Positions 10,741-21,200 of a DNA stretch of 64,000 bases are shown here, one piece after another. Position 1 is the first letter of the stretch; each line of letters starts with the position of its first letter. Under the pieces are notes generated by a model that saw only the letters and a list, made by a program, of their open reading frames with translations, was not told the DNA's origin and searched no databases. The position numbers were made by a program, and so were the translations under genes. The stretch lies in contig CP145412.1 in assembly GCA_036867785.1 (NCBI GenBank), positions 124,001 to 188,000 of the forward strand. The letters are read 5' to 3'. Source of the DNA: Plasmodiophora brassicae (Eukaryota).

Positions 10741-12315
10741 ATGCTGCCCAGGCTGCAGTTGCTCTTCGTGCTGCTCTGGACGATAGGTTTGTGCACGTGC
10801 GATGACGTGAAGGAATCATTAACGGGAGCATTGATCCGGGCAACCTACAACGGCAATCTGCAAGCGGTAGCAGACTTGCTGAAGCGCGGAGCGCCTGCGA
10901 ACGGCAAAGACAATGCGGCGGTGATCTTGGCGTGCACGGCAGGGCACAAGGGCATTGTCGCACTACTTGTTGAGCATGGAGCCGACATAAGGGTTCATGA
11001 TGACGAATGTCTGGTCCGGGCCGCGGGCGCACCGTCCCTCGACCTGGTCAAGTACCTCGTCGAAACATTACGAGTGCCTGTCTCCGCCCAGTGCGACGAT
11101 CCGCTTATCGCCGCCACGGCCGGATCCCGCAGCCATATCGTCGAATATCTTCTTGACAATCGGGCCAACCCGGATGCGCGTAACGGCCTACCCTTGCGTA
11201 TTGCGAGCAGGTTCAAGCTGGCGCCTGTCTCCACATTACTCCTGAAGGCTGGCGCGACCCTGAACGAACACATCCTGGCCGAAGCTGTCGAAACCAACGA
11301 TATTCCCTTGGTCCGCCTTGCGCTTCAACATGGCGTGTTCGGTGGCGCTCTAGATGGGTCCCTTATGGTTGAAGCGTACCACTTGAACCATGACATCGTC
11401 TTGAATATGCTCGTCGAGAATGTGGCACCAACCGACGCCTGGGGACTGCCGGGTTTCCTGGAAAATGTCGGGCACCCTGATCCAGTCGTCCTAGTCCGGA
11501 TTCTGAAGCACGACAAAGTCTCGAGAGGCGGCGTGATCCGAGCCATGGAATGGGCGGTTTTGCTGCAGAACCTCGAACTGCTTCGTGTGGTTCTGGACAA
11601 CATCAACGACAATTTTCGATGCGATATCGCGCGTGACATCGCGCTCCTTAATGTCGATAACGTATTAGACGGGGGCACTAACGATGACGTATCCGCTGTT
11701 CTCCGTCATCACCTTCTGTTGCCTGTGGTCAAGACAGCTTGCACGAGTACCGGCGACCTGACGGATGTCATCACAGCAGTGGCCGCCTTCGAATCAAGGC
11801 GAGCTTCTGCTGAGCACGTCCTCGCAACGGCACAAAAGGCGGCCAGTTTGCAACAGGTCGACCGCAACATTGACAGTCAGAGCTCCAGTAGCATCGGGGA
11901 CGTACTCGCCAATATTCGGAAGCCGGATGCGATCCAAGACTTGACAGTGGTCCATAGAGAACCAGCAATACGAACGGAATGCCATTGTTCTGATCCGCTT
12001 TCACCTGTCAAACGAAGCCAAATTGTACATGCGAATCCACCCTCTGACGCATCCCCACCTGCTGACCATCTCGATTCCCTATCACCGGTTGTACTGATGG
12101 GAGGTACCGACCATGAAGAGAAATTACCGGATCCCTGGAGAAAAACGACCCGGTCGCGTCGCTGGAAACCGTATCCACCGAACGATTTATTACGATCCAG
12201 ATGCTTATGTCAGGGGACACCTGTGTCGCCTAGTGCCTCCATACCTGAAAAGGGCGTCCAGAGCAGAGATCCGCGACGACGTCGCGAAAAGAATAACATA
12301 CGGCCGTCTGTCTGA
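10741..12315 (+). CDS. Secreted ankyrin-repeat protein (candidate effector), single exon
   Basis: Signal-like MLPRLQLLFVLLWTIGLCTC. Ankyrin repeats (ALIRATYNGNLQAVADLLKRGA, LACTAGHKGIVALLVEHGAD, etc.). Basic disordered tail (RSRRWK, RRRREK). Confidence 0.85.
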   Translation: MLPRLQLLFVLLWTIGLCTCDDVKESLTGALIRATYNGNLQAVADLLKRGAPANGKDNAAVILACTAGHKGIVALLVEHGADIRVHDDECLVRAAGAPSLDLVKYLVETLRVPVSAQCDDPLIAATAGSRSHIVEYLLDNRANPDARNGLPLRIASRFKLAPVSTLLLKAGATLNEHILAEAVETNDIPLVRLALQHGVFGGALDGSLMVEAYHLNHDIVLNMLVENVAPTDAWGLPGFLENVGHPDPVVLVRILKHDKVSRGGVIRAMEWAVLLQNLELLRVVLDNINDNFRCDIARDIALLNVDNVLDGGTNDDVSAVLRHHLLLPVVKTACTSTGDLTDVITAVAAFESRRASAEHVLATAQKAASLQQVDRNIDSQSSSSIGDVLANIRKPDAIQDLTVVHREPAIRTECHCSDPLSPVKRSQIVHANPPSDASPPADHLDSLSPVVLMGGTDHEEKLPDPWRKTTRSRRWKPYPPNDLLRSRCLCQGTPVSPSASIPEKGVQSRDPRRRREKNNIRPSV

Positions 12316-12469
12316 TTCGTTTACTGGTCGGCAAAGGCTGCACGATGTACAGTGCATCAAATACAGCGAATCCCCTTTGAATAACGATTAACTGTTTGTA
12401 ACTGGCAACTGATAACGGCGCGATAAACCAGATGATGAGTGATCATCATGCAAGCTCGGACAATCTTAT

Positions 12470-12826
12470 CGTGGTGCTTTGGTGGCACCCGCTGGATGTC
12501 TATCAAGTTCTCAATCTGCCAGCATTTCGGTGAACATGTTTGAGTAAATGCCACAGACGCGGTAGTGCATGGCTCTCAGCTACCGCGTTAACAATTCCAG
12601 CGACCCTATCTGCGATATCATCCCGCCGATCGAATACGAGCACATCGGCCACCAAATCCACCTGGGACAGAAAGACTGGTTCCCTGACGTCCCGATGCGC
12701 TTCGATATCTGGGCCCACGCCCACTGGAACTACGTCAAGAACCTCATCGTCCCTGATTCGGTCAAGCGCGGAGCAACAGATGCTGGTGCTGACTTTCGTT
12801 CATGCGGCAGCGACGAAACTCGATGA
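12470..12826 (+). pseudogene. Possible class-3 lipase C-terminal remnant
   Basis: YRVNNSSDPICDIIPPIEYEHIGHQIHL..H..NY resembles the lipase_3 RV.N..D.V..LPP..Y.H.G..H..Y segment. No GHSLG half or start codon found. Confidence 0.4.
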
Positions 12827-13194
12827 CACCGCGTTAAGGATTGCCTCTGGTGTTTGAGTTTCGACGTCGACGCCGACGTACGTTTTCGACGTCATGATGC
12901 TTGTGTTCAACGGCTATTTGTTGCGTGTTGGGGATTACAGAAGGGACTTATATGGCCTGTATTAACGTGGAAACAGCGATTAGCTCACTGATCCGGTAGT
13001 TGGAGCAGCGTTTGGCTGCTCCAGCAAATGATTCCACCTATAACGTTATAAGGCAGGGGGTATGGTCACAGCGGGGCCGAAGCTAGCGGGTGCCTTCGTG
13101 ACTTCGGCGATGTGGCGTGTCCGTGCTCGTATTGGGTGTTGCCGGAGGCTGCAGGGACGCTGATGCACTCAGCACGACATGGAGGATACTGTGG

Positions 13195-13500
13195 CGATCA
13201 TCCCGGCTTGGACCAGAAACACGACTACCTGTTCACGTCATGATGTCACTAGACTCATGAACTGCGTCGTTCCACGTCTGCTGAATCGCTACAACACGTC
13301 CAGTGACCGCGTGAACACCATGAACAGGCCTCCCCGGATCCAGCGTCGATCCACGCCTCCCGACCAAGTGCAAACGTCTTGCAAGAGCGGATTCAAACGA
13401 CGCGCTCAGCTCAGCCCGTGCTCGACGAGCCATCTCACGAAATCCCCTCGCCGCATCGTTAAAGGCAAGCTGTTGCATCGGAAGCCCCCGCATCGCGGCG
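13195..13500 (-). pseudogene. Possible decayed ankyrin-repeat fragment
   Basis: Stop-interrupted frame GDFVRWLVEHGLS*..PLL and GTTQFMSLVTS*REQVVVFLVQAG resembles ankyrin repeats. Confidence 0.3.
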
Positions 13501-13867
13501 TCATTTGTACGCTCGACAAAGATATTCCTGGAAGAATCCACACAGGAATCTGACCGTCTCGCATCAACGTGGAACCGGGTGGACGAACCACGCCTTGCGC
13601 CTGCAATTGCGGCTGCGACCTTACTCTGCTCCCGCTCGCCATCTCTATGTACGATCCCCGCCTTGCGATCCAAATATAAGATCGCGCTCTGGCATATTCT
13701 ATTCCTGGGTGGGGCGGTTGTCGGGGCCCCAAATTCCCACGATGGCCCCAGTCCGTCTGACTGGGCACTGTGGGCAGCGCACGGAGTCCGTGAGCCCAAT
13801 CTAGCGCCCAAACGGCCCGGGGTTGCAGCGATGAAGCCATTGCGTTAATTGTCGTTTGCTGGCAACG

Positions 13868-14527
13868 ATGACGTTCCAGCTGAACGGTTGTGCACTTCTG
13901 CTGGCCGTGGTCGCATCGACGCTCCTGGTTATCGATGCATGTGGTGGGGTTGCGCCCGATACCGCGTGTGACGATAATCGAGCTGACCCCAACGTTACCG
14001 CGTCTGACGATGGTGCTGGCCCCAGTACCGCGCGTAGCGATGAAGTTGACCCGAGCGTCCCCCGTCAGCCTGCACGTCCCCGCATGAAGATCGCATCCTA
14101 TATGGATCTTCCCCCTGGCGTGTGTCACTATGCCCAGGACGACCTATATCTATGCCTGGAACATCCGAACGGCCATGGTTTTTTCAAAGACCTGTGGAAC
14201 TCGGTCGATCGCATACTCGGTCGAGATCCTGAATGGGTCCGCGAGATACATGAGCGTCGCCGACCGGATCCGACACCGACTGCTCGTTATGAACCTGAAT
14301 TGGTAACTGGCTATAAGCCGTCACCCTACGCCCGTAGTGGTGAGTCGTTTCTTTCGCGCCTGCCGGTGGTTGGCACCTTGCTGCAACGGCCCCCTGAGGT
14401 CCTGAGGTGCGCCCACTGCTTGTTCTCGTGTGCGACCCCGCAGTGTTTTCGCAGACACATAATAAGGAGCCACCCCGACAAGATAAACGACGCCAAAGCT
14501 TGCCAGCCCATCGCCTCCCGTACGTAG
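13868..14527 (+). CDS. Small secreted protein with C-terminal C2H2 zinc finger (candidate effector)
   Basis: Signal-like MTFQLNGCALLLAVVASTLLVIDA; C-terminal CAHCLFSCATPQCFRRHIIRSH. Confidence 0.7.
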   Translation: MTFQLNGCALLLAVVASTLLVIDACGGVAPDTACDDNRADPNVTASDDGAGPSTARSDEVDPSVPRQPARPRMKIASYMDLPPGVCHYAQDDLYLCLEHPNGHGFFKDLWNSVDRILGRDPEWVREIHERRRPDPTPTARYEPELVTGYKPSPYARSGESFLSRLPVVGTLLQRPPEVLRCAHCLFSCATPQCFRRHIIRSHPDKINDAKACQPIASRT

Positions 14528-14696
14528 ACTTCGCGTTTCGTCCATGCGTCGTTTTCCGGTTTGCTAAAGTGCCCAGAATAAATCCCACCCCACGTTTCCC
14601 CAACACTAGCCGGATTGGCAGCCACAACCAGAGGCCTATTGTCGAGTAGAAATACGATATGTACGCTTTGTAGTTGAGCGATTCAGAGCTACCTGG

Positions 14697-16475
14697 CTAT
14701 GCAGGGCCGGATTGGCGGAGACTAAGCTGCGACTCGAACAGGGACGCCACGGGCGGGACCTCGCCCACGTACTCCAGGACGTCCAGCACGCTGTCGTTCA
14801 CGAACCGCATAGGCGAACCCTGAACGCCGACGATGATTGGCAACGCAAATGCAGACTGGGACCCTAGAGAATCATATTGATAACGGACAATGTCAACCCA
14901 GGACGACGCGCCAGACGTACCTTTTCCTGCTGGCCAGACGTCGTACTTTCGTTTGCGATGGCCTTGATCGTGGACGCAATTCCATATCGTCAACCATCGG
15001 CCGTGATTCGGGTAGGCGATCAGCTTGCCGCCGTTGCCCGTCCATTTCCCACCGCGAACCTGCGAGAATGTACTGTCATCGTCACGATTCAAACACAAGG
15101 ACGCGCGCATGACGAGCCTGTTCGTGCAGCGTCGCGTATGGCAAGCCACCGTGCATGTCGAGGGTCTGGCCAGGGTACGCGTCCGAGTCGCGAATAACAG
15201 TGCCGGCCGACGAGAAACCGACCCCGAACCCATGCAGGTGGTTGGCATGATCCGCCAGGCGCTGCATGAGGACACCGTACGACCCCATCGCGATGATGCC
15301 GAGATGCGCTCGCTTGCCGGTGAAGGCGACATCTTCGACGGTCACCGCGATGGACTTGTCGATCGTGATGCCTTCGTTGCAGTTGACGATGTCGATGCGA
15401 CGCAACCAGGAATCTCTAACGCCTTGCACCTGGACCGCCGCCCACCCGCTATCGTGCAGGTCGCTGGCGTGATGGATAAACTCCTCGCTGACACTGTCCC
15501 ATCGTCCCGTGATCGTCAGGTCCTCTAGTCCGATCTCTCGATCGACCGACATCGCTCGCAACACGAAAGGGCACGCGTCAACGTTGGCGTCGACGTGCAA
15601 CGGCTCCTGGAACCACACAGTGCCAGTCGTTGCGTCCACTGCCAAACATGTCAACGACGCGATCATTGGCACGAGACGAAGCCTTACGATCCGCGATCGT
15701 ATGCAATTCGTATACGCGCATGCCCTGCGTGACCAAACGTGTCCACGAGGGGGAGATCGTCAGCGGGTAGACGTGGGCAGCCGCGAGAACGGGTGACTGG
15801 CACGTTAGTGCCACAGTCTGTCCGACATGCAGACGGCGAGCGTTGTCGACCGATACGTTGAAGGTTTCCCGACGGGACGAACGGGTTACGCTCGCCAGGT
15901 GCCTGTGGTCGCTGGCCTTGCTGGACCCGACCCTGATGGCATAGGTCCGGTTGACCTGCATTGCACGCATGAGCGCTCGCCCAGGCGCCTTTGCGTATTG
16001 TCCGAACAGAAACGTATACCTTATGATGCTGGATGACGATGTTCGTCAGGTTACGGGCCACGCCACGTAGGACGCAATGGGACCCGTGCAGCACAAGTTC
16101 TGGCAGGGTTCCTCGATCTGCATTCGACGATACCGTATACCGACCAACGTTCAGCTGGATGACCCCTCCCGCATCGGACCGTGCGCAGGCGTCGATGGCG
16201 CTCTGAATGCCCGCTGCATCATCGACGTCGTCGTCAGCAACGGCCCCGTAGTCGGCCACGTTGAAAACGGGCCTGCCCGCAATCGGCGTGCTCGGTATGG
16301 GCCGATCGCTATACCGGTACCCGGCGTACGAATAGTCCGGCAGGGTCGCCTCCAGAGGCGGGGCGCGCTGCCTGGATTCGTAGAACTCGTCCCAAACCCG
16401 TTGCCCGCGCAACGGTCGGGCCACGCTCGCCGCAACGAGACACAGCAGGAGCACCCGAGCGGCCGACGTGGACAT
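14697..16475 (-). CDS. Secreted DUF4955 / pectate-lyase-3-like beta-helix protein, multi-exon
   Basis: Signal peptide; LPDYSYAGY; VFNVADYGAVADDDVDDAAGIQSAIDA..GGVIQL..GRY; LVLHGSHCVLRG; F.HH....DSGW; HGFGV; D.HGGLPYATL; PNHGRWLTIWN; PIIVGVQG; C-terminal SLFESQLSLR. These match the bacterial DUF4955 motifs as recalled. Introns at ~16019-15957 and near 15120-15060. Confidence 0.75.
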
Positions 16476-16773
16476 TATGTGTGACACACGGGCCTCGGTC
16501 GCGCGAATCGCACACATGTGCCCATCACATCCACCAGCGCAGCGACGCACTCCCCGTTGACACAATGCCCGTGACAACTCATGAATCACGAGGCGTCACG
16601 ATCAGCAGCTCCCCGCGGTTTTTGTCGTCTGCAGTCTCTGGCGTTACGTGACGCGTGGCGCAGTGCAATACACCGCGCGCGGACGTCCGTGCCGACTGCC
16701 GCGGGGGGCAAGTCCGTGGCGCGGCTGGCGCCGGGAAAGGCCGTGGGCGGCGGCGTCAATTCGGTCGATCGCG

Positions 16774-17943
16774 ATGGCGTCGACGCGCGTCGAATTCAAG
16801 GTCGGGCCGGCGGCGGCGTCGTCGTCGACGGCGGCGCGGCCGGCGGTGCCGATCGCCGCGTTCGCCGGTGCGGCGTCGGATGTGGGGCCGCCGCCGGAGC
16901 CGACCGTCGTGAAGGCGATCCCGATGCCGGCGCTGGCCGATGGGGTCACGACGGATACGCCGATCCTGCTGCGGAACCGGGTGGCCGGCGTGTCCGACGC
17001 GGTCGGCGACGACGAGAAGTACCGGGTGGATGTCGCGCAGAGGCCGACGAGCGCCTCGCTGACCGATTACGAACGCGTGCCCGTCGACCAGTTCGGCGAG
17101 GCGCTGCTCCGCGGGATGGGCTGGTCGGAAGGGTGCCCGATCGGCCTGACGAACGCCGCCGTCATCCAGCCGACAGAGTATATCCGTCGCGGCGACCTGC
17201 TCGGCCTGGGTGCTGACCCGTCCATTCAGGCCCTGAACCTGCCCTCGATGACGAACAAGAAACGCGCGCGCGCCCGCCCCGAACAACAATTCGACCCGGT
17301 CGACGGGCGCGTCCGCCACGTCAAGGGCATCGACGAGCGGCTCGCCACAGCCGCCGACCTGGCCGTCGCCGTCGGCAGCGACGTCGTCATTACGTCCGGG
17401 GCGCACCAGGGCCAGACCGGCATCGTCACGATGCTGTCGTCGACGACGGCGACCGTGCGCCTCGACGTCAGCGAGAGCATCGTTCAGGTCCGCCCCGAGG
17501 ACGTTCGTCGGGCGACGGGTCGCGACCGCGAGCAGCAAGAACGGCCGGCGGCGGCCATGAAGCGCCCGCGCGAGATCCGCTGGGTCGTGCCCGGCCTGCG
17601 CCTGCGCGTCGTCGACAAGCGCCACCGGATGTACAACCGGAAGGGGCGCGTCCTGGACGTGCCGACGGCGACGTCGTTCACGATGGTGGTGGACGACGGC
17701 AACGTGCTCGTCGAGGACCTGTCCGAGCGCGACGTCGAGACGCTCGTCCCGGAGGCGCAGGGCGCCTTCCCGATGATGGTCGTCGCCGGGCGCCATCGCG
17801 GGCGCACCGGGCGCCTCCTGGAACGCAGGACCGACAAGGATTACGCGCGCGTCCGCCTCGACGCGACCGATGCGCTCGCCTGCGACGACGTCAAGGTCAA
17901 GCTGGACTACGTGAGCGAGTTCGTCCCGGACGATGGCAAATGA
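16774..17943 (+). CDS. GPKOW: G-patch and KOW domain splicing factor (GPKOW/Spp2/MOS2), single exon
   Basis: DYERVPVDQFGEALLRGMGW..G..IG..LLGLGA G-patch, followed by KOW motifs (GAHQGQTG, YNRKGRV, GRHRGRTGRL). Confidence 0.9.
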   Translation: MASTRVEFKVGPAAASSSTAARPAVPIAAFAGAASDVGPPPEPTVVKAIPMPALADGVTTDTPILLRNRVAGVSDAVGDDEKYRVDVAQRPTSASLTDYERVPVDQFGEALLRGMGWSEGCPIGLTNAAVIQPTEYIRRGDLLGLGADPSIQALNLPSMTNKKRARARPEQQFDPVDGRVRHVKGIDERLATAADLAVAVGSDVVITSGAHQGQTGIVTMLSSTTATVRLDVSESIVQVRPEDVRRATGRDREQQERPAAAMKRPREIRWVVPGLRLRVVDKRHRMYNRKGRVLDVPTATSFTMVVDDGNVLVEDLSERDVETLVPEAQGAFPMMVVAGRHRGRTGRLLERRTDKDYARVRLDATDALACDDVKVKLDYVSEFVPDDGK

Positions 17944-17983
17944 ACCGTCGCCCGCTGCTGCTGGTTATTTATACACGACGTCG

Positions 17984-18175
17984 TCAGTCGATGTGGTAGT
18001 CGTCCTCGTTCAGGTACTGCCGATGGTACTGCAGGTCGCGACACCGTTTCTCGCATTGCCGGACGGCGCTCCTCTGCGACAGGGCGGAGCGGACGCCGAG
18101 CAGGAGGACGCCGGCGACGACGACCAGCACGACGATCGCCGTCAGCTGCGATGCGACCGTGCTGCCTGGGTCCAT
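17984..18175 (-). CDS. Small single-pass membrane protein (63 aa), hypothetical
   Basis: ATG-initiated ORF with a TM stretch (LTAIVVLVVVAGVLLLGV). It fills the gap between GPKOW and SFI1. Confidence 0.45.
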   Translation of the reverse strand: MDPGSTVASQLTAIVVLVVVAGVLLLGVRSALSQRSAVRQCEKRCRDLQYHRQYLNEDDYHID

Positions 18176-18255
18176 ACCTGCAGCAAGGCGTCCTCGTCGT
18201 CTGTGACCGCTTGGCGCGAAGCGGGCTGCGACAGCGACGTTCGCCGCCCGCCAGG

Positions 18256-21200
18256 ATGCAACATGTCGTCGACGACGGCCCGCTGCCAGCCGGCGTCGAC
18301 GTCGGCGTCGTCCGCGACATTCTGCACGACGCCGACGCGCTCGAGCGCGACGCGACGCTGGTCGACGTGCTCGACGCGTACGAACGGGTGCTGCCGGGGC
18401 GCGGCATCGCGATCGGCACCGACCTGACCTACTACGAGGCGCTCCTGACCCTGCACCTGCGCCCCGAGCGCGGATGGCACGCCAAGTTGCAATCGTTGCT
18501 CGACGACGGGCGCCATGCGGCGCGCTCGACGGCGCAGCGCCGCGCCGAATGCGATACGGGCGCAGCTGCCACGTCGGAGGCGCCGGCTCCGGAGCCCGCA
18601 GCGGCAGCAGCAGCAGCAGCGCACGAGTTGTACGACGACGGGTTCCCGGCCGGGCAGGACAGCGCGGACGAGCCGGAGAGGGTCGAGCAGTACATCGCGA
18701 GGATGGAGCTCTCCGTCAAGGTCGACGTGTTCGCCGCCTGGAAACGGTATATGCGACGCGCCGTTGCATCGGGCGTGCATCTGAGGAGAGCGCGCGCGCG
18801 CGTGCCCGGTTAGACATACAGCTGAGAACCGGTCCTCATCTGTCGCCAAACGGGCCGTGCTCGTCAAGGCGGACGCGTTTCGCGAGGAGCATGCGTTGCA
18901 GGCGTGCGTTCAGCGCTGGCGCATGCGAACGACGCGTAAGCTCGCGGCGGTGGTACACGTGCGCGCTGATCTCACTGCCTGTGGCCAGGTTCCGCTGCAA
19001 TGCGGCACGCAGCGGCAGCGTTGACGCGTGCCCAGCGCCTGCTGTACGCGAGGAAATTGTGTGGCCGGCTCCTGTCTGCGATCCAGCAGCGAAAGCGCAT
19101 CCGGAACCTGCAGGTCGTCGTCACCAGCCGCAGCGTCACGTGTCGCATCAGGCATGCCGTCTCCAGCTGGGCGCGTTTCGTTCGTGATGGTCGCCGGCGC
19201 CGGATGGCGCAGATGGTGAGGCAAGCCGTTGTCGCCCGCTTAGTAAGACTGACGTGTGTCGCGATGCAGGACGCGTTGCGGTTGGCCCGGGTTCGCGCGC
19301 TGTGGACCGCCTGGCGGGACGCAGCATGGCACCACGTTGACGTTCGTCGATGCCGCCTGCGATGCGCGCTGCAGCGATGGGCACAGTGGCGAAACCGTCG
19401 CCGACCTGGTCTGCACCCGCGCCTCGTGCCCTGCCTGCTGACCTGGATCGAAGCGTCCACCGGCGTCGACCTGTGTCGCGCCGTTCACCACGGGTACCTT
19501 GGCCATTCCGCGCTCAGCGACCGCGTTCACCCTGGGCGTACAGGTGCGCCGAGACGGCGCTGGCAAGGATGAACGGCGCCGCGCCGATCCGTTGGCGCAA
19601 AGGGTCCCACAGGGTCGTCTGCCAGCAGATCGTGCGCGTCATGCGCCCGCGCCTCGTCGAATGCGTCACCGCCTGGCGCACCTGGACGCGCCGCTGCCGC
19701 GGCGTTAAGCGCGCCGCCCTGGCCCGCTGGCGCGCCGCCCTGTCACGCGTCCTCGACCTGCAACGCGCCGCCGACAACGTCGTCGACAACCTCGTCCGAC
19801 GACGCGCGACTCGCGTAAGCCTCTGCGGTGTGGTTTTTAATGATTGACGGTGACCGGACGCCCCCAGGCCTGGCGCCGGCTCTGCGCGTACCAGCGCGCC
19901 TGTCGAGCGCTGCTCCCCCGGTACGACGAGATCCGGCGGCGCGCGCTCGGCGCACGTCACCTGCGCGCCTGGCGGCAACGCTGCCAGGCGATCGCGATGT
20001 CGCGCGCCTCGGCACGCTCGTCCCGGTTCCGGCAGTGGCGGGCGCGGTACGCGCGCCGTCGCCTGCACCAGGGGCGGAACCGGCATGCGCACCAGCAGGC
20101 CGGTCGCGCGCGTCGACAACGCGCCTGGACGACCTGGCGCGCCGCGTGCCAGGCGGTGCGACGCGTGCGCCAGGGGCGGGCCGTCGCCGATCGGTTCCGC
20201 CTCCGGCGCCTGCTCCGACGCTGGTGCGACGCGCGGCACTGTTCCTGTCGCGTGAGCGCCGACCTCGCCGCAGCTGCCGCACGGCACGCTCGGCACCGTC
20301 GCCTGCTGGCGTTCACCGAATGGCGGCGCGTGACGCTCGCGACGCAACGGCACCGCCGGATGGTGCACGTCGTCGAGCGGCACGCGTGCCGGCGTGCGAT
20401 CCGCGCGCTTCGTCGTCATGTCGACGCGCGGGCCCGCGAGCGCCAGGCGGTGCAGGCCGCGGCTCGGCATCGACGCGTCGCGCGCTGTCGTGCCGGCGTG
20501 CGCGCCCTGCGCGTCCACGTGCGCGAGCGCCGCACCGCTCGGCAGGTCGACGAGCGCGCTCGCCGGATCCACGTGTCGCACCGGTGGAACGACTGGCGCG
20601 CGTACGTGCGCGGACGCGCCCTGCGACGCGTCGCCGAGCGGCACGTGCTCCAGCGATGGGTGCGGCGGTTCCGGGGGGCGGTGCGCGCGCAGGCGACCCT
20701 GGACGCCGGCGTCGTGGCCGACTTCCAACGGGACGGCGCTCGCCGGAGACGCCATCACGTCGTGCGGTGCTGGATCGCGTCGCTGACGCTGCGGGTCGCG
20801 ATTCGCCGCCTGCGATGCGCGTCGACGCTGGCGCTGTCGGTGCGGAGGATCCGCGCGTCCTGGTGCGCCTGGCGCCGGACGTTCCTGGCCCGGCGGGAGC
20901 GGGACGAGCACGCGCGACGTGTCGCTGCTTGTCTGCTGACCCACCGGAAGCGGCGGTTGCTGGCGGCCTGGTTCGTCCTTGGCGACAGGCGCCGGCACGC
21001 ACGGCACGTCGAGGGCGAGGTCCGCTCGCGCTCCACGCTACGCACCCTGCACCGCGCCTGGCACGTCTGGCGCGACGCGCAGGCGTACCGACTGTCTGCG
21101 GCTGCCAAGCACGACGTCCTTCTCCGTTCCTACCGGGTTGGTTTCGCTCGGCGCGTGCTCCATCGCTGGCGCGTTTGGTGCCGCGCGCGTTCGTGCCGAG

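Noticed and set aside
13631-13647. CCCGCTCGCCATCTCTA, nearly the reverse complement of the hAT left end at 1639
   Set aside because: It is 12 kb away with housekeeping genes in between, the flanks (ATTGCGCG vs TGTACGAT) are not a TSD, and there are no subterminal repeats. Chance or an unrelated remnant.
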